Position numbers and translations under genes: made by a program | From: Chara braunii | Lineage: Eukaryota > Plantae > Charophyceae | NCBI GenBank assembly: GCA_003427395.1 | Contig: BFEA01000017.1 | Coordinates: 3,266,969-3,330,968 of the forward strand | Direction of reading: 5' to 3' | Length of the DNA stretch: 64,000 nt | The notes under the pieces: model-generated | Told to the model about the DNA's origin: nothing | Database searches by the model: none | Seen by the model: the letters and a program-made list of their open reading frames with translations, nothing else | In this document: positions 40,403 to 51,678 of the stretch, piece after piece | How positions within the stretch are numbered: position 1 is the stretch's first letter | Layout of the letters: every line of letters begins with the position of its first letter

Positions 40403-41700
40403 GATATATATATATATATATATCTGTTTGTGACGATATATATATATATACCTCAGGAGGCTTTACTGTAAATGTCTTACAGTTAGCGTTTCACGGTCGC
40501 CACCTTCTTATGCATCATGCGACGCCAGGCGATGACCTCAATAACCATCCTCATATTTTTGCCTGTATTTTACATAGACCCGGGCATTATATGGCACTCA
40601 TTCGTGCAGCTGCCCAGTGGGAACTGTGGGATGGTGGGATGATGAGTCAGGTCATTTTCGACGTGAATGAATTTTTGCGAGCGTTGTCGAATCATACTTT
40701 ATTCTGGATTATTGACCGACTCTCGTGTGACGCCTGTCGGGACAGAGATGCGGTGCGCCTTGGCTGTGGAATGCATCATCTATGCCATAGCCATTATCAA
40801 TCTATTGCGACTGCCGCCGTCTGTCCTGTAGGGTGTCCAACATTTCCTCATTGTACACATCCCTATCACCCAGATATACGTTGTCCCTATTGTGCCCAAG
40901 GACGCTATCAGAACTGTATGATGCCGCACTGTGATGAATGTCCTGCCGTGTTTTTGACATGTGGACAACACGTCCTCTGTCAGGACTGTTTTGATGGGAT
41001 GGTTCGTGCTAGCCGTCCTGCAGAATGCTGTGCTGGCGCAGCTCTCCTTGGGCATCCTTGTGAACATCCACATCATCCTCACCGTAGCTGTCCTATCTGC
41101 CGAGGTGGGGGCAGGTAAAGAAAAAAAGAAGAAAAGAAAAAGAGAAAAAAAGAAAAAAAGAAAAAAGAAAAAAAAAGAAAAAAAGAAAAAAGATACGTTG
41201 ATCTGTGGGATGTGTTATTTGCTTTGTGATAATTGGATTATCTTTCTTTCCCTGTCAGGTTTGGTTTCCTCCTCCCCTTCTTTACCTCTTTGCCTTTTGG
41301 CTGCGTGCAAGTGGGTCCTTGTGACACACGGGGATGGGGGCAGCCAGCGCTCAACCTGTCATGCACGTGGCTGGCCTTGTACGTAAGAGGTTATGAACAG
41401 GTGGAGCTTTCCTTACCTCCTTCCCCTTCCCCTTTTTTCCTTTTCCTTTTTTCTTTTCCCTTTTTGCGCTCTGATTCACAATGTGACAATATATATATAT
41501 ATATATATACATCCACGTGGGCGGGCTTGTACGCAAGAGGTTCTGAAATAGGGGGAGTTGTAAGGAAGAAGATAAAAAAACGAAAATTTATTTCCGTGTT
41601 TCTCTTTGTTTTTTTTTTTGGTTTGCGCTCTGATGACTTTGTGACAATATATATACCGTTTGTTTCGTGAAGTGCGCTCTTTTTAGTTTGTAGTTATGTG

Positions 41701-41731
<31 letters not shown>

Positions 41732-41994
41732 ATTGCTGATGAGAATCCCCCACGAAACCTTCTTTTCTCTGCCCCCACTGTTTATGTTTCCTGTCTGCTT
41801 TTCACCTGTTGGGTGCCAGGCATACTGCTGTATGAATAGAAGAAATTGCCTTCATATCCTTCTTTTTGTAATGCGTAATATACTCACCTGAATATAGATA
41901 GATGTACGGCTCACTGGGCGGTTCGTTCTTGGTATCATGTCACAACTGTGGTATATTTACAGACTCTCTGCCCCTTTTAGCGGAATATACTCAC

Positions 41995-42054
<60 letters not shown>

Positions 42055-44930
42055 TGTTGATCTGATGGCAGAGACGTTCATCACTGATGAAGAGGCAGGA
42101 CTGGATTGCTTGATGATGGGTGCACCGTTAGTTTGGAGGACGACGAAATCGCCCAAGCCTCTGGCCACAGAGAAAAGACAGTCCTTGGCTGCAAATGCCT
42201 CTCCATTTGCTTTGAATGCGGCCACAGATGAGAACGAGAATGGTAAATCTGGTGGAAATCGAGGACGCAGCGGGGAGTTGAGCGGCAGTGGAGGTGGCGT
42301 GTTATCGTCGTGCAATGTGAACACTCTTTCCGCTCAGCAGCAGAAGGACTCAACCAAATCACCAGCCCCCAGTCTGCTAAAGGCACGAAGAAGTGGATTG
42401 AAAGACATCTCGCCTTGGAAGCAACTGCCTGCCACACAAGAGGGTATTTATTTGTATACTCGCGAGTCCTTGTCCGTGGAACACTTCATCCTTTCCTCCT
42501 CTGCCTTCTTTTTGCCCCTGCAGAGTTTAACACCCTGATCTGATGTAAATATATATATGTATGTACTTGCTACCTGCTTTACGCTTTCTGTGGAAGCTCA
42601 TGTGCCTCCCCCAGAAGGGACAACGGCACCTAAACGCAGGTTGTCCTGATTCACTTGGGCTTCTCTGAGTGCATCTGGACGTAATGGCGGCCAGGTACTT
42701 GTAGGAAAGTAGTAGTATGTTATGACAGCAAATGTGCCCCCAAATTCAACCAACTGGTGGAGTTTTTCGAGTGCATCTTGATGTGACACCGGCCAGGTAC
42801 GCGTAGGAAAGTAAGAATGACTGCAAATTTGCACCCAAAATAGACCAGCAGGTGAAGTCACTACCTTGTTTCCCTGAACACACAGTGCCTCAGCATGATG
42901 ACTCCATGTGTAGAGGAACGGGGTCTGTATACGTTCTCGACAATGGGATGTTGTGCTCAGGGGAAGAAGGTAGTCGGGACGAGTGACGAGCGAAGATCTT
43001 TTACCCGTCTTTCCTACGAGTACCTGGCCGGTGTCACATCCAGATGCACTGTAGTTTCAAGCTGTTTTTTTTTTGTGACTGTAGTGAAGTTACCCCATTA
43101 ATCAATCTTTTACCCGTCTTTCTTTCCCCCAGTGCAATGCAATTCAAAGCAAAGCAGCCTGACCGGGACTTCTCTATCAGACCTGCAGAGGATGAACCAA
43201 CACTCAGTATCGGTATTCTGTGAATGGACGCTGGGCCCGTTGCTCACCTGGTGAGCAACGGGCCCAGCGTCCATTCACAGAATACCGATACTGAGTGTTG
43301 GTTCATCCTCTGCAGGTCTGATAGAGAAGTCCCGGTCAGGCTGCTTTGCTTTGTATTCTGTGAAGGGATATTCCAAAACGAAAAAAAAGCAAAAAAAAAG
43401 CTTGTATAAAGAGTCCTGATTAACGTGTGTTTTGTGTTGCGGGAAGAGGGGTGGGGGGCGAAGAAACGCTAGCGGGTAGGGATCAGACAGTCCGTGATTC
43501 TTTTCCATCTGGCACCATCACTGAAGTTGCTGGCAGTAAGGTGCAATGGGTACCGGCTCTTGGCTCGGCGGTCTTCATCTGTAACTGTTTTGTGAGTTAG
43601 TCGTGAGCTCTCAAACTGGTTTTTGACAATGACTTTTTTTTTTTTTTTTTTTTTTTTTTTGAAGCACGCCCCCTTCATTGATAGTGGTGCTGATAAGAGC
43701 AGAGACCACTAGCACCTGGGGAGAGGCTCCATCTATTGGTGGGGAGCATCACCTGCTGGGAAACGGGTCAGTCAAGAGGTGGTCATCTTCTCTATTGCTG
43801 ACTGGCAACAGGGTGATGAGGGATAATTGTCTACGATTGTTGTTATTAATTTATTATTATCATATAAAAAAAAGTGTCGTCAGAAATTTGAATGGGATAA
43901 CTTCACTACTGTCACAAAAAAACAGTTTGAAATTACACCCCCACAAGCACCCCTACCTGACCGGAAAGCTAGCTTGTATACATTGCCCGAAGTGCGATTT
44001 GAAACTGGTTTTTGGCCGAAGCATATTTTTCAAACTCTTCTTGTGACTCCCGTGTAGTTTCCCGAATTTTAATCCTCGTAGACAAGTTGTCCCCTGTCCC
44101 CTTTTACGACGTACAATTTTTTCATGAATTCATTTACATTTGGTGGTCAACGTATTCATTTAAATAGACAGCTAAAATCGGAACATTTAGTCCTTTGGGA
44201 TATCCATCGAAATTGGAAGGGTATGGAGAAGATTATCGTGGTCCCTGCAAAAGGATGACATGCACAAATTGAGAAATGGTCCAACAACAAAAACAAAAAA
44301 AACGAGAAAGAAATAGACAGCTAAGAATCGCTGTTGTTTCAACGGAATTGGTCCATTATTGTGTTGCAGATGAACAGTTGGTTGATGGCACTAGGGAGCT
44401 GAAGACTCCTGGAGCTCTGCCAAGTACTGTCGCTGTTTCCGCGGAAGAGAAGAAAGCACCTAACGAGCAGGACGTGACTTCAACACCCATTGCACCCATT
44501 TCCAGCTCCTTGGGGAGCGATGCGTGTGAAGGGGTGCAGAAGAATCCGCTTCTTAATGTCAGTATGGCATGGGATAAGGCCTTTCAGACAGAAAAAGGTG
44601 GGATTAACTTCCTCTCTCTCTCTTCGTCCCCCCGCACCCCCCGCCCTTCTTCCTCCTTCCCCCTTCTTCCCCCTTCTTCCCCCTTCTTCCCCCTTCTTCC
44701 CCCTTCTTCCCCGCTTCCCCTCCCCTCCCCCTCCTCCCCCGTCCTTTCCCCCACCCTCCCCTCCTCTTTCCCCTCCTCGATTCTTCATCATGGAAGAAAG
44801 TATTCTCTTCCTTGTAGTAAGAGACAACGGATTCCTCTTATAACCATCCTCTCTGTTCTTTTTGCAAAGAGTGATTACGCAGATGGGTGGAATACCTTGT
44901 CAGACCCAACCTGGTCTCCCTCTCTCTCTC

Positions 44931-44982
<52 letters not shown>

Positions 44983-47000
44983 GCTGTTCGTCACTTTGTC
45001 TCTCTCAATCCGTTTGTCTCTTTCTCTCTGTCTCTCATGCATGTCTTATCCATTCCTCCCATCCTCCCCTTTCTCCCTTTGCTTCAACCCTGCCCACCCT
45101 AATTGGCCCTTGAGGGCCAGGTTCTGGAGCCTGAATCTGTCTCTCATTTTCGGTGTTCCCTCCCTGGTGTTTCTTCAACCCCAGACCACAAAGCAAAATG
45201 GCTCTGATGGAAATAGTAGCAGCCGTCTCTGCTTGGATATTCATGCTAGTTTCTGTTGCTCAAATAAAACCCTAAACCCTGAGCTGTTCAGTGGAAGCCT
45301 TAAACCTTGAAGTATGCACCCTAGGATCCACAAAACATAACTTCAGGGGCGCGCCTGAGTTTTGAAAAATTTGGATCCATAGTCCGCCCTCCATCTCTAG
45401 CTAGGGCTTTCCCTTTCCGTAGGTGGCTTGTGGTTGTGCTTGCTTGCTAAACCCAGGAGCAGTAAATTTGAGGGATATTGTCAATCTTACGGCTGGATCC
45501 ACCTGTTGAGAAAAACCTGATTTGTGCTTCTCATCATCCTTTCGCCGGTGCCATTGGTCCACTGGTCTGCTATAAATGTGGTTAGATGAGCGGTCAGCAC
45601 TTGTCTGTGATGAATGTATAATCTGAAGAGTTCCTGGCTCTCTCCTGTCTTTTTTTTTTTTTTTTTGAAGGGCGACGGCCTTGAAATATCATCACAGAAA
45701 ACTGACCGGCCCTAGGTACTTCAGAGCGGCAGTATTTTACTCATCTGCTTCCAGCGGAGTTTGAACTCGGGTCTGTTTTTCAACAGTTCAGGGGTGTATA
45801 AACTGAGCTACGCCAATTGGTGGTTCTCTCCTGTCGTACTTTGGTCTTCCTCCTCGCTCCTTAAACCCTAAACCCTAAACCCTCTTTGTCGTTGTTGTTG
45901 TTATCCTCTTGTTGTCATGTTTTTCTTCTTGCTGCGTTTGCTTTGTCTTTCTCCAGCGTCTTACTTGATGCAATCCTCGTTCTATAGTCGCCTACTGTCT
46001 TCACCGGAAGAGAAGGCCCGGTTATTGTAGGCTGTATGTGGCCCAACTTTCAGTCTAGATGCGGCGATAATGACCAGGCGTTGTATTTGGGTGAAGACGG
46101 TAGCAGTCATTTCCTCTATTTGGAATTGTTTGATTTTTCTGCAGTGTTTGCTTGCTAAGATTTGCGGGAAGACAACGGACAGGAGCTAACGAGGGTTTGG
46201 TTAATCTGCGTGCAGGAGTTCTGGATTCCATCGACTTAGACGATCCGTTTGAGAGGTTCTCAAAGCTGCATGCGTTGTCGTCCACGGAGGTGACTGCGAC
46301 AGAAGGGATCATTCATCGCGATGAGAAGGAACAGACTCGAGCAGAGAAGTCCTCGGTGGCAAGGATGGGAGACGCAGCAGCAGCCGATGAAAAAGCTACG
46401 TTATCTGGTAATCAATCAGATGCTGCGATTGCGCTTCAGCCATGGTTCAAGTCCACTCGCACAGCTGGAACTTCGTTGAGCCACGGACCTGGTTCTCCGG
46501 CTCCAGATGATAAGGTGGCGAGTCATGATGGGATGTCTCAATCTTTAGCTCCATCGAAGCTCCGACCTGTAGGACTTCACAAGATCAACAAATTCACGTT
46601 GGAGAACCGCTTAGCTGAAATAGGGGAGGAAGAAGAGAGGAAACAAGAAGATGGAACATCGAATGCCTCTGGTGCAGAGGAAGGTACATCCGGCCTCGAC
46701 ATTTCTAGGGGCAATTTATCGACAACTACCGGAGCCGTGCTTGGCCAAGATGGGCAGAGCAAGTATGGCATAGATCCTGCGGACATACTTGAGAAAGTGG
46801 CTGCTGTGCAAGCACAGCTTCTTGATTCCCCACGAGTACGGCACTTGCGGTCACAGTTGCCGGCAATGCAAAAGAGTGAGTATCCCATCATTTCTCTCAC
46901 ACTTCTCCCCTTTTTCTCTCCTCTTAGAGTGTGCGGCTGAGCCCTTGGCTCTCACAGACACACACACACACACACACATACACACACACACACATACACA

Positions 47001-47096
<96 letters not shown>

Positions 47097-49040
47097 GCTT
47101 GAGATTATAAGTACCTGTGGGAATTGTAATACTGGATGTTTATTCGTGTGTTCTTTTGGCAGATACAGCAAGTCCATCGGCTGAGATTGTTGCTGCTGCC
47201 GGCAATTCCGAAGGAACAGATCCAGACAAGGTGAGCTATTCAAAGGCATGGTTTCTCAATCTATCTTCCTAACCTGTCATTTACTAGTTTCATTGCCTGA
47301 CCTACTTCAGAGATCCCTAGAGTGGGTGCCCAGCTATTTGTACTCCTTGCTTCACAATGTTTGGATTCTAGAGGAAGTTAATTGGCCATGCCTTTCAACA
47401 ATAGGGTAATCAGAAAGAGAAATTTACTTTATTTAGCGTTAGCAGCAACGCCCCCTCCTCTATGCATCCAATGCCCCTTTCTCTGTTAATTATCAAAGAG
47501 TGACCTTTCTGTGGGGATTATTGGGGGCTTTAGCTTGGTGTTCTTTTTTCCCTAATACTCTAAAGCAAAACGTGGGTCTCGCGTGACGCGTCCCCCTGAG
47601 ACCTTTCCCGCGTGGGCCCGGTGCACCTTGGGCCCGGCGCGGTTTTTTGTTAAGGGCCGTTTTTTTTTTTGGGTTGGTGTTGGCGCGGCTTCGTGGGCCC
47701 GGTGCACCTTGGGCCCGGCGCGGTTTTTTGTTAAGGGCCGTTTTTTTTTTTGGGTTGGTGTTGGCGCGGCTTCGTGGGCCCGGCGGGGTTTTCTGTTTAC
47801 TGCCATTTTTTGGGGGGGCGGTTGGTGTCGGCGCGACTTTATGAACGGCCTCTTTTTTCGGTACCCTTTTTTTTTGCGCCGCGCCGGGGGTTGGTTGGTG
47901 TCGGGGCGACTTTATGAACGGGCTCTTTTTTCGCTACGGTTTTGTCGGCCATGTTCAACCAGGTAGTGAATTCAGCGGCCGTAGCCAAAATGAACACCGC
48001 TGCTTCACGTACAGCTTTCCTGGTTGCTCACATGTTATGGCGGGATGATTCTCTGACTGTTTTTGTCTTTTGTCTTGATGTGTCTCCTTCAGGGAGGTAA
48101 AATTGGAAGTCCTCTATGTGCTCCAGAGGTTGGCAGTGATATCTGTAAGGCATTGCTTCCCTCGTCTCGTCTTCGGAATCCTGTACAACAGCCGCGGGCA
48201 AATTCAGTGATTGAGGCGGCTATACAGGATGGCACACGTCTCCGTCTTCCTGGACGGTATCATCAAGGATATCCTGCTCAGAAATCAACAAGGACTACGT
48301 TGTTGGCAGTCTCGCCTTTGCCATTGTTGTCGTCACAGCTGGCAAGGCCTGGGCGGTGTTGAGTATGTGGCGGTTGTTGCTATTGCTGACTAACATCAAG
48401 TTCTCCCTCGATGTCACATCGAGTTTGATCTATCACTGGCTAGTTGAGCTGGACTGCTGTGCTGTCCCTGCAACTGTGGCTGGAGAAAGTAGTTCGGTGG
48501 ACTCCTCGATAAATGGGGTGGGGTGGGGGGGGGGGGGGTTGATCATTGAACACTTTGCAGCTTTGAATCCCATGAAAGACCCTCGACTTCAAGGACATCT
48601 TTTGTAAAGTTTTTACAAACTGTTAAATTAATTCATAAACCTATAAGTCCTTCCATTGTCAGTCTTTTCTTGTAAATATCATCTCTTTTTTCATCATGGA
48701 ACACACGTAAGGTGTATCTGTGAGTGCTTTGTTGTTCTGGACAGCTCTGCTGGCTGTTGTGTGTCTTTGTGCTGTATGCGTGTTGTGTGGTTCGAGTCCT
48801 TGCCATTGAGTGCAGACTGTTGCAGACAGGTATTGTTGAATAGAGGAGACGGGCAATGGCAGATGAGGGAAGTGAGGGAGAAAGACAGACTAAGGGCCAC
48901 TTGCGAGATCATGCAATCAGGAAAATTGGGGAGTGTGACAGAAGTGCGTGTTATACTTGGCATGGAGTCGCACGGTTAGCAGATTGGTAGAGCTTTGGCC
49001 TTTCTCTGGTAGTTTGTCATGCCTCAGTTTGTGTGCGTGC

Positions 49041-49099
<59 letters not shown>

Positions 49100-51646
49100 C
49101 ATGGCCGTCTCTGTGCATTGGAGATTATTGGGATTGAGAGGTGGGTACGGATATGAGAGTGGGAAAGGTCGGGATGGGGAGTATCAGTGTGTTCTCTGGC
49201 TTTTGTGGCAGTTGTTGATAAGGTGACGTTTGAGTTTAGACTGCATGAGCCAACTCGCGGTTTTCAAAGCAGGCCAGTAGAAGACTGAGAGTACGAAAGA
49301 AAATTCTGCCTACCACTGAAGGTGGGTCGACTTCTCCTTAGCTAGGGGAGATGAAAAAATAAGACAGCATAGTCCACACCCCTGTCCAGTGTCATTGATA
49401 AGGGTCATTCTCTTGCCTTCCCCCCAAGATCTAAACTGACTGTTTGATCGTAACTCTAATTAGTAAATAGCCGGATTGCACTTCGGTGGATGGTTCTTTG
49501 CCACAGCAGTGCTCTCTGCTAGCTGGGCGAACGAGCTTTTTTTTTTTTTATCCTTCCTTTTTCTTCCTTTTTCTTCCTTTTTCTTCCTTTTTCTTTTCTT
49601 TTTTTCTTTTTGTTTCTAGCTTTTTTAATTCACAGGCGAAGTCCCTTGTTGTTTCCCTGTGGTGTCCCTTCTCCATGTGTCTGAATCTGTTCTATCGTTT
49701 GACTAAACATTCTGCTAAGTTGAATGAGATTCAACTCGAGCGGTCTCTGCCGCTTACTCTCAAATTTTGGGAGCATTTGATTAGGGTATGGAAAGTTAGA
49801 TTTCATTTAGTGGGCATGCGCAGCTGATGTCAGATACCACTGCCGGAGCTGCCTGTCCTTTGGTGGCTTCGTTGGTAAGCAGATTTCTATTTGCTGGACG
49901 GATGTTCATTGCTGTGTCTGCATTGGGTGAAGGTGATGTTGGGCTCATGCTGGGACGGGTAGCGCCATCCTGTAACCTCAGCTGTGGTAGAGGTAGATGT
50001 GCAGATTCACTTAGCTGCTGCTGCTGCTGCTGCTGCTGCACAGATTCAATAACTGCCAGCACGTCTCTGCGCCGATTGTGGATCTCGAATCAATACGTCC
50101 TCTCTTGATAAAAGCAGTCATCTTTCCATGCGCAATCAAACCATAATATTTGCAAATTTCATGTTCGGGTCACTTGTGAGTTGACCCGAATCTGGCATTC
50201 ATTTTCTAGGTGATGACTTATATCAAGTTATATGTGATTCGGTCCACAGATGATAGCCAGCTTTCAGTCACTAGCGATGTTTGATCGTTTTGTTGTAATA
50301 GTCAGCTTTAGGTGACTAGCGATGTTTGCTGTTTGTTGTAATAGTTGATGAGTCTCTAGCTGTAACGGACAACTGATCTGTTGTAATAGGTGTGGCAGAT
50401 CACTAGCGGCCTTCTAGAGTCTTTGCAATTCGTGTAGCTGTTATCGACGACTTTTCTGGTTGTTTCCGTGTCTCCTCTGTTGATTTATATCTGATGCTTT
50501 TCCAGCCGTTTACTGATTCGTCTGTTATAAGTCTTTACCTTCTTTTCGAGTGCTGGACTGCAGGTGTGAGCTGTTTGTTCAAGCCGCTGTGTGGGCCCCA
50601 ACTGCCATCTACACATATGGGGGAGCGTTACAGTTACTTCCATAACTACTGTCTTGCTTATTTGGTATCCTTACCCATCTGTTGTTTACTGTGTCATGTT
50701 GTCTTATCCCTTTTCCCTTTGCATGTGGAATGCTTGTGTATACACGGCCACGGATTTGCAAACACACATATAAGACTATACAAGGTCCCTCTTGTTGCTC
50801 GTTCAAGGGATTAGGTTTTTGCCCGATTACCGTTCTCATGCTTGATCTTGGTGAAGCTCTGTTCTGTGTAGTATGGGGGAGTTCAATATTGGAGTGGTGT
50901 TGGACATGGAGCCAGAACTGTAAGGTTGTGTCTTTGTTTTTTTTTTTTTTAAAAAGAAAAAGAAAATTGGAGTGGTGTTTCTCAAACAATTTGTGCAGTC
51001 GATTGCCAGGGTAACTCGAGTTATTTGTTCGTCCCCAAACAGTTAACACGCTGGCAGATGCATTACATGCGTTCATTGCACGCTTGGGTACGATTTACTG
51101 CAAAATTGTATGTTGTTGAGACGACGGGTTCTTGTGGTCTCTGATTAGAGATGGTGTTTTGCAAAGAATTGTTTTTCATCTACCTTGACTTGCTGTGCCG
51201 CTTCTCCCTTAACCTCCGCTCCTTTCCCATCCAGGGGTAGGGGGGAATGAATCAAGATCTTTTCAGAAAATCCCTTGACCATTCACACATCAAAGAAACA
51301 GGGTACAGAGGAAGAGGTGCAAGCAGATGCTGGAGCTGAAACAGCTGCTCCCAGTGGCACTGCTGGCCATGAAGCATTCCCGGCTCTCCGGCAAGAGGAA
51401 TCCAAGAGCAGGCTTGTGGGAGCTGGCTTTCTTGGAGTGAGATCTATGAAGGGTTCGAGGGATGCCAGACCACCGACTAACGGTGAGACACATTTCTCGC
51501 TGACTGTATTGCAGTCTCTTTTGGTGTCCGCGATCACAAAAGCTTGGCACCCACATCTTATGGGGCTAGCCTTTTTTTTTTTTTTTTTTTTTTTGTAATA
51601 TTTGGACCATTTCTCGATTTATGCGTGTCATCCTTGCGCAGGGGCC

Positions 51647-51678
<32 letters not shown>

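Noticed and set aside
41736-41760. ctgatgag...cgaaac hammerhead-like core
   Set aside because: No convincing stem I or stem III.
44598-45310. 3' part of the 344-aa plus-strand ORF
   Set aside because: Lies past a splice donor and consists of pyrimidine and (CT)n tracts.
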